From positions 33,509-97,508 of the forward strand of contig CABUJR010000008.1 of assembly GCA_902492015.1 (NCBI GenBank): a stretch of DNA of 64,000 bases. The letters run 5' to 3'. A program made the translations under genes and the position numbers. The notes under the pieces are model-generated. The model did no database searches. It was not told the DNA's origin and saw only the letters and a list, made by a program, of their open reading frames with translations. Numbering within the stretch: position 1 is the first letter of the stretch; each line of letters opens with the position of its first letter. The stretch is from an uncultured Eubacteriales bacterium. GTDB taxonomy: Bacteria > Bacillota > Clostridia > TANB77 > CAG-508. Positions 41,869-52,654 of this stretch are shown here, in pieces.

Positions 41869-43635
41869 ATGAAAAAGGAGAAGATGTACAGAACATATAA
41901 TTGTTCTGAATTACGTGAAAAACATGTAGGAGAAGAAATTAAACTTGCAGGATGGGTAGACACAATAAGAGATTTAGGAGGAGTTTTATTTATTGATTTA
42001 AGAGATCAATATGGAGTAACTCAAGTAGTTGTTTCAGGAGATGAAGAAAAAGTAGATTTTGCTTCAAAAATACCAACTGAATCAACAATAACTGTTTCAG
42101 GAAAAGTAAGACTTAGAGATGAAGAAACAGTAAATACTTCAATAGAGACAGGAACAGTAGAATTATTTGCAAATGAGATTGAAGTTTTAGGAAAAAGAAC
42201 TAAAATGTTACCATTTGAAATTGAAAATAATCGAAATGTAAGAGAAGATTTAAGGTTAGAGTATAGATTTTTAGATTTGAGAGCAAGAAAGAATTTAGAA
42301 AATTTGAAATTAAGAGCAGAACTTATACAATTTTTAAGAACACAAATGATAGAACAAGGTTTTTTAGAAGTGCAAACACCAATTTTAACAAGTTCATCAC
42401 CAGAAGGTGCAAGAGATTACTTAGTACCAAGTAGAGTGCATCCTGGAAAATTTTATGCACTTCCACAGGCACCTCAACAATTTAAACAATTATTAATGGT
42501 TTCAGGAATAGATAAATATTTTCAAATAGCACCATGTTTTAGAGATGAAGATGCAAGAGCAGATCGTTCACCAGGAGAATTTTATCAACTTGATATGGAA
42601 ATGGCATTTAGTACACAAGAAGACGTTTTTGAAGTAATGGAAAAAGTTATGTATAATGTGTTTACAAAATTTTCTAACAAAAAAGTTACAAAATATCCAT
42701 TTCCAAGAATATCATATAAAGAAGCAATGCTTAAATATGGAACAGATAAACCAGATTTAAGAAACCCATTAGAAATCAAAGATGTTACAAATGTTTTTGA
42801 AAAATTAGATATAAAAGTATTTAATGGAAAAATAGTTAGAACTATTACTCTTCCAAAAGGAGCAGATGCAACCAGAACTTTTTATGATGGTATGGTTGAT
42901 TTTGCAATTAATGAGTGCAAGGCAAAAGGTTTAGCTTGGCTTAAAGTAAATGATGATAGAAGTTTGCAAGGACCTATTGCAAAATTAATTCCAGATGAAG
43001 CAAGAGAAGAATTACTTGTTCAAACAGATACACACGAAGGAGATAGTATTTTCTTTATAGCAGAGCATAAAGGAATTGTTGAGAAATTAGCTGGAGAAAT
43101 TAGAAAAGAAATCGGAATAAGACAAAATTTAATAGATGAGTCAAAATATGAATTTTGCTGGATAGTAGATTTTCCAATGTATGAGATTGGAGAAGATGGT
43201 AAAATAGAATTTTCACACAACCCATTTTCTATGCCACAAGGTGGATTAGAAGCTTTAGAAAGCAAAAATCCTTTAGATATTTTAGCATATCAATATGATA
43301 TAGTTTGCAATGGAATAGAACTTTCTTCTGGAGCAGTAAGAAATCATGATATAGAAATAATGGTTAAAGCTTTTGAAATTGCAGGATATACTAAAGATGA
43401 TATAAAAAATAGATTTTCTGCTTTATTTAAAGCTTTTCAATACGGAGCACCACCACATGCAGGAATTGCACCAGGTGTTGATAGAATGTTAATGCTTTTA
43501 GCAGATGAACAAAATATTAGAGAAGTAATAGCATTTCCAATGAACAGCAAAGCACAAGATTTACTAATGGGAGCACCAGGGAATGTTACAGATAAACAAT
43601 TAAGAGAAGTGCATATAAAATTAGATTTGAAATAA
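41869..43635 (+). CDS. aspS: aspartyl-tRNA synthetase
   Basis: Class II aaRS motifs (FRDE, GGxxRxHD-like, QAPHAGIAPGVDRL), N-terminal anticodon-binding OB fold; 588 aa, bacterial type. Confidence 0.9.
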   Translation: MKKEKMYRTYNCSELREKHVGEEIKLAGWVDTIRDLGGVLFIDLRDQYGVTQVVVSGDEEKVDFASKIPTESTITVSGKVRLRDEETVNTSIETGTVELFANEIEVLGKRTKMLPFEIENNRNVREDLRLEYRFLDLRARKNLENLKLRAELIQFLRTQMIEQGFLEVQTPILTSSSPEGARDYLVPSRVHPGKFYALPQAPQQFKQLLMVSGIDKYFQIAPCFRDEDARADRSPGEFYQLDMEMAFSTQEDVFEVMEKVMYNVFTKFSNKKVTKYPFPRISYKEAMLKYGTDKPDLRNPLEIKDVTNVFEKLDIKVFNGKIVRTITLPKGADATRTFYDGMVDFAINECKAKGLAWLKVNDDRSLQGPIAKLIPDEAREELLVQTDTHEGDSIFFIAEHKGIVEKLAGEIRKEIGIRQNLIDESKYEFCWIVDFPMYEIGEDGKIEFSHNPFSMPQGGLEALESKNPLDILAYQYDIVCNGIELSSGAVRNHDIEIMVKAFEIAGYTKDDIKNRFSALFKAFQYGAPPHAGIAPGVDRMLMLLADEQNIREVIAFPMNSKAQDLLMGAPGNVTDKQLREVHIKLDLK

Positions 43636-43651
43636 CCAATAAAAAGAGATT

Positions 43652-43681
43652 CTACTAAAAGTAGAATTCTTTTTTTTAGTT
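43652..43681 (+). terminator. intrinsic terminator after aspS
   Basis: AGATTCTAC-taaaa-GTAGAATTCT followed by eight T. Confidence 0.5.
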
Positions 43682-43833
43682 AGATTTTGTACAAAAAATC
43701 TAGTAAAATAAATAATTAATGAAATTATAGCATATTTTTTTAAATTGACAAATAATTATTTTTATGAAAGAATAATTATATTAATATTAAAGAAAGGAGA
43801 ACATATAATAAAAATTTTATTATATAAAAAAAT

Positions 43834-44694
43834 ATGAAAAGAAATTTATTAAAAATTTTAACAATAATTGCAATTTCTATTATAATTCTTTCTTATAGTA
43901 ATTTATGTTTGGCAACTTCGTTAGATTCAGAAACATTAGAAGAATTGAAAGAAGGAGCAAGAAATTTAAATTTAGACAATGTACCTATTAATGATATTGA
44001 TTTTAATAATATAGATAATATGACTGAAGAAGAATTATTAGATGTTTATGATAAAGTAACACAAGAATACACAACACAAGATATTGCAGAAATAATAGAA
44101 GAAAATAAGGAAGAAATAAAAAAACAAGGAATTAGCGAAGAAGTTATTGATGCTGGAACTGAGATTTTAAAAACTACTGACACTGAAACAGTAAGAGAAA
44201 TTTTAAAAGAAGATATTGACATAACAGAAATAAAAGAAAAGATAGAATCTGGATATTCTCCAGAAGAAATTGTAAAAAGTGTTATAAAGGATATTCCTAA
44301 TGAACAAAAAGCTAATATAGCTATGAAATTATTTATTACAAATTCCATTATTCAAAATATTTTGAAAGTTTTATTAATAATTTTTATTTATGATACTATC
44401 ATAAGAGCAATAATATATCATAAAGCTGGAAAACATGCTTGGGCAGCTGTTATTCCTATTTATAGAGATATAGTTATGTATAAAATTTCTGATTTAAGTC
44501 CATGGCTTTTACTTTTATGGTTTGTACCAGTTATAGGATGGATTATCTTATTTGGAGCAAGTATCATTGGTAGAATATGCTTAGCTGGTAATTTTGGAAG
44601 AGGTGGATTATTTGCAGCAGGAAATGTTTTACTTCCTATTGTTTTTGAAAGTATTATAGCTTTTAATCCTAATATAAAATACGAACAAGATTAG
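43834..44694 (+). CDS. hypothetical secreted/membrane protein with acidic repeat region and C-terminal double-TM domain
   Basis: Signal peptide; Glu/Ile-rich middle; C-terminal KAGKHAWAAVIPIYRDI...WFVPVIGWIILFG membrane hairpin. Confidence 0.35.
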   Translation: MKRNLLKILTIIAISIIILSYSNLCLATSLDSETLEELKEGARNLNLDNVPINDIDFNNIDNMTEEELLDVYDKVTQEYTTQDIAEIIEENKEEIKKQGISEEVIDAGTEILKTTDTETVREILKEDIDITEIKEKIESGYSPEEIVKSVIKDIPNEQKANIAMKLFITNSIIQNILKVLLIIFIYDTIIRAIIYHKAGKHAWAAVIPIYRDIVMYKISDLSPWLLLLWFVPVIGWIILFGASIIGRICLAGNFGRGGLFAAGNVLLPIVFESIIAFNPNIKYEQD

Positions 44695-44979
44695 AATTTA
44701 AATAATATAATAAAACAGGTACTATTATAGTATCTGTTTTAGCATTATTATTAAATAAAATAATAGAAAAATATAAGTCGTTAAGTTTAATTATAAAAAA
44801 TAGTTGACAATAATGGAAAATCATGCTAAAATTTAAACATATTAAAAATCAAAGGAGAATTTTATTTTTTATGAAAAATTTATTAAATGGTAACAAACAT
44901 CATCATAAAAAATAGCTTGTGTCTTTAGAATATGTAGGCACAGGCTTTTGATGATGCTTGTGCCTTTAATGTTTTTAAG

Positions 44980-45019
44980 AGCCTTAAAGGTGCTAAAACC
45001 TTTAAGGCTCTTTTTGTAT
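44980..45019 (+). terminator. strong hairpin plus T-run inside the leader of the ABC operon (possible attenuator)
   Basis: AGAGCCTTAAAGG-tgctaaaa-CCTTTAAGGCTCT-TTTTT; lies downstream of a TTGACA-17-TAAAAT promoter at 44803-44832. Confidence 0.45.
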
Positions 45020-45171
45020 ATCTAATTTAAAATTTAAAAACAAAATTAGGCATAAAGACAATCCAAAAATATTTTTATTAAAAATAGCGCGCAATTTAAT
45101 AGAAATATTTGAAAAGGCAATTCTTTTTTGAAAAATAATCTACAAAGTAGATGTAAATTTAGGAGGATAAT

Positions 45172-45969
45172 ATGAAAAAAATATTAATAATTTTAATAGC
45201 AATAATAGCTGTTATAGCTATAGTGGTATGTGCGAATACTTTATTAAATAAAAATGAGAGCGCAGATGAAAATGTACTTGTAATAGGTTTAGATGATAGT
45301 TTTCCACCAATGGGATTCAGAAATGAAAATAATGAAATTGTTGGAGTAGATATAGATATGGCAAAAGCTGTATGCGATAAATTAGGAATGGAGTTAAAAT
45401 TGCAATCAATTTCTTGGGCTTCTAAAGAACAAGAATTAGATTCTGGAAATATAGATTGTATTTGGAATGGATTTGCATATACAGAAGAAAGAGCAGAAAC
45501 TATGACATTATCAGATGCATATATAAAATCAGAAATGTATTTTATTATGAAAGATGGAACTGAAATAAAAAATCAAAAAGAATTAAAAGGAAAGAAAATA
45601 GGTGTTCAATCAGGTTCTGTTCAAGAATCAGATTTAGAAAATTCAGAATTTGGTAAAGATGTAGAAATAATACCTTTTTCAGATTTTGTAACAGCATTTA
45701 CAGATTTAGAAGCAGGAGGAATAGACGCTTTATATACATCTAAGGTAATAGGAAACTATTTAATGAATTCACAAGATAAATCTTATATAACAATAGAAGC
45801 AGAAAATATTTCAAAAGCAAATGGAATGGTTATAGCTTTTAAAAATGGAAATACAGAATTAAGAGATAAAGTAGAAAAAGCTTTAAAAGAATTAGAAACA
45901 GAAGGAAAATTAAAAGAAATATCTGAAAAATGGTTTGGAACAGATATGATTAAAATAGAGGAGAGATAG
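45172..45969 (+). CDS. polar amino-acid ABC transporter substrate-binding lipoprotein (SBP family 3)
   Basis: Lipobox-type signal peptide (VVCANT), periplasmic-binding fold type II motifs (GFDIDMAKAV, IDCIWNGF); 265 aa. Confidence 0.8.
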   Translation: MKKILIILIAIIAVIAIVVCANTLLNKNESADENVLVIGLDDSFPPMGFRNENNEIVGVDIDMAKAVCDKLGMELKLQSISWASKEQELDSGNIDCIWNGFAYTEERAETMTLSDAYIKSEMYFIMKDGTEIKNQKELKGKKIGVQSGSVQESDLENSEFGKDVEIIPFSDFVTAFTDLEAGGIDALYTSKVIGNYLMNSQDKSYITIEAENISKANGMVIAFKNGNTELRDKVEKALKELETEGKLKEISEKWFGTDMIKIEER

Positions 45970-45972
45970 TAT

Positions 45973-46611
45973 ATGAATTTAGAACAGACAATAAATTTGG
46001 GAAAAGTATTATTTTCTGGACTTGGGGTTTTACTTCAAATATTTATAATAACACTTATTTTATCTATACCACTTGGAATTATTATAGCACTTCTTAGAAA
46101 TTCAAAATGCAAGGTAATATCTTTTGTAACAAGAATTTATATTTTAATTATAAGAGGTACTCCAATTATGCTTCAAATAATAGTAGTATATTTTGCACCA
46201 TATTATTTATTTAAAGTTAATTATGATAGATTTTTAGCAATAATAATTGCTTTTGTTGCAAATTATGCAGCATATTTTGCAGAAATATTTAGAAGTGGAA
46301 TAAATAGTATACCAAAAGGACAGAAAGAAGCTGCATATACTTTGCGGATTTAGTAAAATTCAAACTTTTTTTCTAATACTTCTTCCTCAAATTGTAAAGG
46401 TAGTTTTACCACCAGTTTCAAATGAAGTAGTATCACTTCTTAAAACTACTTCACTTGCACAAATAATAGGTATATCAGAAATGTTTGCACTTGCACAAAA
46501 ACAAGCAAATTATTATTTTTCTGTTACTCCACTTTTTATGGCAGGAGGATATTATTTAATACTAACATTTTTAGTATCATTAATATTTAATAGAGTAGAG
46601 AAAAAACTAGA
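45973..46611 (+). pseudogene. polar amino-acid ABC permease (HisM/ArtQ family) with a +1 frameshift near 46343
   Basis: Frame 1 ends ...EAAYTLRI*; the +1 frame continues GFSKIQTFFLILLPQIVKVVLPPVSNE... through the EAA loop to the C-terminus. Confidence 0.65.
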
Positions 46612-46635
46612 ATATTACAGTTAAGAGGTGAAAAG

Positions 46636-48888
46636 ATGAAAGTTATAGAAGTTAAAAATTTATCAAAAAAATATGGAAATTTAGAAGTTATAAAAGACGT
46701 ATCCTTTTCAGTAGATGAAGGTGAAACATTAGTAATATTAGGAGCTTCTGGTTCAGGAAAATCTACAATTTTAAGGTGTATAAATAATTTAGAAAAAATA
46801 AGTAGTGGAAATATAATTATAAATGATAGAAGCATGATAAAAGAAGAAAAAAATGGAAAACCTATTTATAACGATAAGGAAATTTTAAATCAAATGAATT
46901 TAGATACAGGAATGGTTTTTCAAGATTTTAACTTATTCCCACATTTGTCTGTGAAAGAAAATATTGTGCTTGCACTTATTCAGGTTTTAAAGAAAACTAA
47001 AGGTGAAGCAGAAGATATAGCAAATGAATTATTAGAAAAAATGGATTTATTAGATAAAAAGGATGAATATCCTTGTAGTTTATCTGGTGGTCAAAAGCAA
47101 AGAGTTTCAATAGCAAGAAGTTTAGCTATTAATCCTAAGATAATTTGTATGGATGAACCTACAAGTGCATTAGATCCAGAGCTTGTAGGAGAGGTTTTAA
47201 AAGTAATAAAAAAACTTGCTAAAGAAAAAAGAACAATGATAATTGTTACACATGAAATAAAATTTGCAGAAGAAGTTGCAGATAGAATCATTTTTATGGA
47301 TAATGGAAAAATTGTAGAAGAAGGAACACCAAAAGAAGTTATAAAAAATCCTAAAGAGAAAAGAACAAAAGAATTTTTAAAAAGATATATAGATTTAGAA
47401 CCTGAAATTATACCTAAAAAAAGATATATAAAAAGAAAAGATAATATTAGAAAAGGAGATAAAGAGGAAATGGAAAATATTAATAAAAATCCTTTAGATG
47501 ATATAGAACCTAAAAATGTTATTAAATTTTTTAGAGAGATAAGTGATATTCCTAGAAAATCTGGAAATGAAGAAAAAATAAGAGATTATTTAATAAATTT
47601 TGCTAAAGAAAGAGGATTTGAATATTATACAGATGAATATTTTAATGTAATTATAAAAAGAAAATCAGAAAAAAACACTAAAACTATAGCTTTTCAAGCA
47701 CATACAGATATGATTTGTGAAAAAATAGAAGGAAGTAATCATGATTTTTCAAAAGATTCTATAAAGTTATTAATAGAAGGAGATTATTTAACAGCAGATG
47801 GAACTACTTTAGGTGCAGATAATGGAATAGGAGTTGCACAAATTCTTGCTCTACTTGATTCAGATAAATTTAGAAATATAAATATAGAGGGAATTTTTAC
47901 AGTGCAAGAAGAAACTACAATGATAGGAGCAAAAGAAATTGATTTATCTGTAATAGACAGTGAAAAAATTATCTCTTTAGATGCTGGAAAAGAAGGAAAA
48001 ATGACAGTTGGTTCAGCAAATTGTTTAGAGTGGAGTTCTAGAATAAAAAAAGATTTTGTAGATGTTTCTAAATCTTACAAGCAATATAAATTAATATATA
48101 AAAATTTTAAAGGTGGTCATTCTGGAGGAAATATTGGGGATGCTAAAAGAGGAAATCCAATAAAATTAGGAATAGAAATTCTAAAACAAATTGATGAAGT
48201 TTATATAAATAAAATTTTTGGCGGAAGTAGAGTTAATGTTATACCAAGAGATTTTTATGTAGAATTTTTTATGAAAGAAGAAAATGTTAGGAAAATAGAG
48301 GAATTAATAGAAAAACAAAAAGAATCTTACGAAAATACTATTATTGAAATAGAAGAGAAAAATCAAGATAATAATAAAGCTTTTTCAAGGGAAGTTACAA
48401 ATAGAATAATAGATTTTGTTTATAATTATGAAAATGGAGCTTTAGAAAAAAAAGATGATATTATATTATTGTCTTGTAATATGGCTGATATAAAAGAAGA
48501 TGAGAATTATATAAATATAGAATATTCTACAAGGGCAAATGATTTAGAGCTAAGAGATAAATATTTAGAAAGATTAAAAAAATTAGTAGAAAAAAATAAT
48601 TTAGAAATAACATGGAATCAAGAATTAAAAGGTGTAAACCAAAATATAGATAATGAGTTAATACAGCTTTGTAATAAATCATATAAAAATTTATATGGAA
48701 AGAATTTAGAAAAAATTATTACACAAGCTGTAGTAGAAGGAGGATTTTTGGCAGACAAAAAAGAAAATTTAGAATATGTTTGTATTGGACCTAATACAGA
48801 AGATGTTCATAGTCCAAATGAAAGAGTTTCAATAAGTTCACTTCAAAGAACATGGAAGTTTTTATTAGAAATTTTGAATAATATTTAA
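46636..48888 (+). CDS. in-frame fusion of ABC ATPase (GlnQ/ArtP type) and Xaa-His dipeptidase PepD (M20C)
   Basis: N-terminal Walker A GASGSGKST, LSGGQKQR, Walker B ICMDEPTSALD; C-terminal PepD motifs QAHTDMI, GTTLGADNGIGVA, KGGHSGGNIG, IGPNTEDVHSPNE; internal MENINK start with its own SD at 47470. Confidence 0.75.
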   Translation: MKVIEVKNLSKKYGNLEVIKDVSFSVDEGETLVILGASGSGKSTILRCINNLEKISSGNIIINDRSMIKEEKNGKPIYNDKEILNQMNLDTGMVFQDFNLFPHLSVKENIVLALIQVLKKTKGEAEDIANELLEKMDLLDKKDEYPCSLSGGQKQRVSIARSLAINPKIICMDEPTSALDPELVGEVLKVIKKLAKEKRTMIIVTHEIKFAEEVADRIIFMDNGKIVEEGTPKEVIKNPKEKRTKEFLKRYIDLEPEIIPKKRYIKRKDNIRKGDKEEMENINKNPLDDIEPKNVIKFFREISDIPRKSGNEEKIRDYLINFAKERGFEYYTDEYFNVIIKRKSEKNTKTIAFQAHTDMICEKIEGSNHDFSKDSIKLLIEGDYLTADGTTLGADNGIGVAQILALLDSDKFRNINIEGIFTVQEETTMIGAKEIDLSVIDSEKIISLDAGKEGKMTVGSANCLEWSSRIKKDFVDVSKSYKQYKLIYKNFKGGHSGGNIGDAKRGNPIKLGIEILKQIDEVYINKIFGGSRVNVIPRDFYVEFFMKEENVRKIEELIEKQKESYENTIIEIEEKNQDNNKAFSREVTNRIIDFVYNYENGALEKKDDIILLSCNMADIKEDENYINIEYSTRANDLELRDKYLERLKKLVEKNNLEITWNQELKGVNQNIDNELIQLCNKSYKNLYGKNLEKIITQAVVEGGFLADKKENLEYVCIGPNTEDVHSPNERVSISSLQRTWKFLLEILNNI

Positions 48889-48901
48889 TATTATAATAAA
48901 T

Positions 48902-48937
48902 GCCCTAATTATGTTTAAAAACAGATTAGGGTTTTTA
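48902..48937 (+). terminator. intrinsic terminator after the ATPase-PepD gene
   Basis: CCCTAAT-tatgtttaaaaacag-ATTAGGG followed by TTTTTATT. Confidence 0.5.
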
Positions 48938-49249
48938 TTACATATTTTAATACCATGCATATCTTATACTATAAATATATAGAAATATTTTGCTTGTGAA
49001 TGGAAAAAATTTAGAATATCTTTAATAATTTTACGGAAAGAGTTCATCTTTTGATGGAAGGGTGCCGTAAAATTATTTTAGATATTATTAATTTTTGTAT
49101 TGAACTTAAAAAAATATTTCTATATATTTATAGTATAAGATATGCATATGTAAAAAAATCTGCTTAAAAACGATTAAAACAGGTTTACAATAATTAAAAT
49201 TTGATGTATAATAACTAAATCAAATTAATAAAAAAGGGGCGTATAAATA

Positions 49250-50752
49250 ATGAGTGAAAATGATAATAATGAAGTAGTTCAAACAGAAGAAGATATTAAC
49301 AGATTAATGCAAGTTAGAATTGATAAATTAAAAGAGCTTCAAGAAGCAGGAAAAGATCCATTTGAAATTACTAAATATGATAGAACAGAATTTTCACAAG
49401 ATATAAAAGATAATTATGATGAATATGAAGGAAAAGATGTATCTGTTGCTGGAAGAATTATGGCAAAAAGAATAATGGGAAAGGCATCTTTTTGTACAAT
49501 TCAAGATAGCCAAGGAAAAATTCAAAGTTATGTTAGTATAAATGATTTAGGAGAAGAAAGTTATAAAGCTTTTAAAACTTTTGACATAGGAGATATTATT
49601 GGAATAAAAGGTTTTGTATTTAAAACAAGAACAGAAGAAATTTCTATTCATGCAAAAGAAGTTGTTCTACTTACAAAATCAATAAGAGATTTACCTGAAA
49701 AATTTCATGGTTTAAAAGATATAGATTTACGTTATAGACAAAGATATGTAGATTTAATAGTAAATCCAGAAGTAAAAGAAACATTTTTACTAAGAAGTAA
49801 AATTTTAAAAGAAATCAAGAATTTCTTTGATGACCATGGATATTTAGAAGTAGATACACCAATTTTAAATACTATAGCTGGTGGAGCTACTGCAAGACCA
49901 TTTATTACACATCATAACACATTAGATTTAGATATGTATTTAAGAATTGCAAATGAATTATATTTAAAAAGATTAATAGTTGGTGGTTTTGATAGAGTAT
50001 ATGAAATGGGTAGAATGTTTAGAAATGAAGGTATGGATATTAAACATAACCCTGAATTTACAAATATAGAATTTTATGCAGCATATCAAGATTATAATGA
50101 TATGATGGATACATCAGAAGAGTTAATTAGAACTGTAGCACAAAAAGTATTAGGTACAGGAAAAATTAATTATCAAGGAACAGATATAGATTTAGAATCA
50201 CCTTGGAAAAAAATTACAATGATTGATTCTATAAAAGAAGTAACAGGAGTTGATTTTAATACAATTAATTCTGATGAAGAGGCTATTGCAATAGCTAAAG
50301 AAAAGGGTGTAGAAGTAGAAGATGCAAAGAAAACAAGAGGATATATTATAAATGCATTTTTTGAAGAATTTGTTGAAGAAACTTTAGTGCAACCTACATT
50401 TGTATATGATTATCCAGTTGAAGTATCTCCTCTTACAAAGAGAAAACCATCAGATAAAAGATTAGTTGAAAGATTTGAATTATTTATTGATGGACGTGAA
50501 TATGGAAATGCTTATTCAGAATTAAATGATCCAATAGATCAAAGACAAAGATTTGTTGATCAATTAAAACAAAGAGAAGCAGGAGATGATGAAGCAAATA
50601 TGATGGACGAAGACTTCTGTATGGCTATAGAATATGGAATGCCTCCAACAGGTGGTATGGGAATTGGAATAGATAGATTAGTTATGCTTCTTACAGATTC
50701 AGCTTCAATAAGAGATGTAATTTTATTCCCAACAATGAAACCATTAAATTAA
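49250..50752 (+). CDS. lysS: lysyl-tRNA synthetase (class II)
   Basis: OB anticodon-binding domain, class II motifs 1-3 ([18 protein letters not shown]); 500 aa. Confidence 0.9.
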   Translation: MSENDNNEVVQTEEDINRLMQVRIDKLKELQEAGKDPFEITKYDRTEFSQDIKDNYDEYEGKDVSVAGRIMAKRIMGKASFCTIQDSQGKIQSYVSINDLGEESYKAFKTFDIGDIIGIKGFVFKTRTEEISIHAKEVVLLTKSIRDLPEKFHGLKDIDLRYRQRYVDLIVNPEVKETFLLRSKILKEIKNFFDDHGYLEVDTPILNTIAGGATARPFITHHNTLDLDMYLRIANELYLKRLIVGGFDRVYEMGRMFRNEGMDIKHNPEFTNIEFYAAYQDYNDMMDTSEELIRTVAQKVLGTGKINYQGTDIDLESPWKKITMIDSIKEVTGVDFNTINSDEEAIAIAKEKGVEVEDAKKTRGYIINAFFEEFVEETLVQPTFVYDYPVEVSPLTKRKPSDKRLVERFELFIDGREYGNAYSELNDPIDQRQRFVDQLKQREAGDDEANMMDEDFCMAIEYGMPPTGGMGIGIDRLVMLLTDSASIRDVILFPTMKPLN

Positions 50753-50807
50753 AATATGTTGAAAATAAAAACGTATACTTTTTACTAAAGAAATAAGGAG
50801 GAATTTA

Positions 50808-51548
50808 ATGTTTGGATATGGTGTAGATAAACGAGTTATATATATTGTACTGGGATTACTAGTGTTATTTTCTTTAATGAGCATGAGTAGAGCCGAATGG
50901 CTTAGTATATTACTTACTTTACCAGCAGTTATAGTAGCGATTACATTTCATGAATATGCACATGCTAAAGCAGCAGATATGCTAGGTGATACAACACCTA
51001 GAAATCAAGGGCGTTTAACCTTAAATCCAATGGCCCATTTAGATCCATTTGGCTTTGTATTACTTATGTTTGCACATATAGGATGGGGAAAACCAGTACA
51101 AATAAATCCAAATAATTTTAATAGTAATAAATCTAGAAGTTTTTGTGAATCTATGGTATCTCTTGCAGGACCACTTATGAATTTTATTATTGCAATTATA
51201 GCTTGTATAGCTTATGTTTTAATAGGAACTTTTGCAAGCATTAGTTTTACACAATCTTTTTTGGGTAGTGTTTTAATACTATTTTTATATATGCTTATAA
51301 TTGTAAATATAGGATTAGGTGTTTTTAACTTAATTCCTTTACCACCATTAGATGGAGAGAAAATTTTTAGACATTTATTACCATATAAAGTACAAAGCTG
51401 GTTAGATAGAAATTATCAAACACTTTATTGGGTTTTCATTATATTATGGATTTTTGGATTTTTAGGAGTTGTAGTTTCACCAGTAATAAATGTAGTTACT
51501 AGTGGAGTTTTCTGGTTAGTAGAAAAGTTAATTGGATTATTTTTATAA
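50808..51548 (+). CDS. M50-family (site-2 protease-like) membrane metalloprotease
   Basis: HEYAH (HExxH) inside a TM helix, LDG motif in a later helix; 246 aa. Confidence 0.6.
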   Translation: MFGYGVDKRVIYIVLGLLVLFSLMSMSRAEWLSILLTLPAVIVAITFHEYAHAKAADMLGDTTPRNQGRLTLNPMAHLDPFGFVLLMFAHIGWGKPVQINPNNFNSNKSRSFCESMVSLAGPLMNFIIAIIACIAYVLIGTFASISFTQSFLGSVLILFLYMLIIVNIGLGVFNLIPLPPLDGEKIFRHLLPYKVQSWLDRNYQTLYWVFIILWIFGFLGVVVSPVINVVTSGVFWLVEKLIGLFL

Positions 51549-51641
51549 AAATGAATTCTTAATTTAGGGATAACTTGTGTTATCCCTAAAACTGCGTAAA
51601 ATACAATATAAATTTAATAAAGGAGTTTAATTAAAATTAAA

Positions 51642-52637
51642 ATGAAAGATGTTTTAACAATGGGAATAGAATCTAGTTGTGATGAGACTTCTGTAGCTAT
51701 TGTAAGAAATGGAAGAGATGTCTTATCAAATGTAATAAATTCTCAAATTAAAATACATGAGGAATATGGTGGGGTTGTTCCAGAAATTGCTTCTAGATGT
51801 CATACAGAAGTTATTAATGGAATTATGAAACAGGCTTTAAAAGAAGCAAATTGCTTTCTAGATGACATTGATGCAATTACAGTAACTCAGGGACCAGGGC
51901 TTGTTGGAGCTTTGCTAGTAGGGGTTTCTTATGCAAAAGGATTGAGCTTTGTAACAGGTAAACCACTTGTAGCAGTGAATCACATAGAAGGTCATATAGC
52001 AGGAAATTATTTAACACATAAAGATTTAAAACCACCTTTTTTATGTTTAATTATTTCTGGTGGACATACACATCTTGTAAATGTAAAAGGCTACAATGAA
52101 TTTGAAATTTTGGGAAAAACTAGGGATGATGCAGTTGGAGAAGCTTTTGATAAAGTAGCAAGAGTGGTTGGACTAGGGTATCCAGGAGGACCAAAAGTTG
52201 ATAATCTAGCAAAAACAGGCAAACCAAATATAAAGCTTCCTGTTACTCATTTTGATAATTTTGATTTTAGTTTTAGTGGAATAAAAACAGCAGTAATAAA
52301 TTTACATCATAAAACACCAGATATAGATAAAGCGGACTTATGTGCTAGTTTTCAAGTTGCTGTAACAGAAATGCTTTTGACAAATGTAAAAAAAGCTATA
52401 AAAGAATTTAATTTAAATAAAATTGTTATTGCTGGAGGGGTGTCTAGAAATTCTTTTATTAGAAAGGCTTTTGATGATTTGGAAAAAGAATTAAATATAA
52501 AAGTATTTTATCCAGAACCAATACTTTGTACAGATAATGCAGCAATGATTGCAGCAGCAGGATATTATAATTTTATAAATAATGAAAGAGCAGATTTGAG
52601 CTTAAATGCAGTTCCAAATTTAAAAATTGGAGAATAA
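51642..52637 (+). CDS. tsaD: tRNA N6-adenosine threonylcarbamoyltransferase TsaD
   Basis: Kae1/YgjD family: [13 protein letters not shown], HxxGH metal site (NHIEGHI), ASKH-fold motifs; 331 aa. Confidence 0.85.
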   Translation: MKDVLTMGIESSCDETSVAIVRNGRDVLSNVINSQIKIHEEYGGVVPEIASRCHTEVINGIMKQALKEANCFLDDIDAITVTQGPGLVGALLVGVSYAKGLSFVTGKPLVAVNHIEGHIAGNYLTHKDLKPPFLCLIISGGHTHLVNVKGYNEFEILGKTRDDAVGEAFDKVARVVGLGYPGGPKVDNLAKTGKPNIKLPVTHFDNFDFSFSGIKTAVINLHHKTPDIDKADLCASFQVAVTEMLLTNVKKAIKEFNLNKIVIAGGVSRNSFIRKAFDDLEKELNIKVFYPEPILCTDNAAMIAAAGYYNFINNERADLSLNAVPNLKIGE

Positions 52638-52654
52638 AAAGAGAAGGTGGAAAA

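Noticed and set aside
44869-44916. Apparent His-rich leader peptide (MKNLLNGNKHHHKK) upstream of the amino-acid ABC/PepD operon
   Set aside because: Re-indexing the sequence showed the CAT-CAT-CAT triplet is not in frame with the ATG at 44869, which gives MKNLY-stop. The His frame has no start codon. The idea arose from misreading a line join.
48940-49250. T-box leader for lysS
   Set aside because: No AATTAGGGTGGNACCGCG-type T-box sequence and no terminator/antiterminator pair. There is only the unassigned hairpin reported separately.
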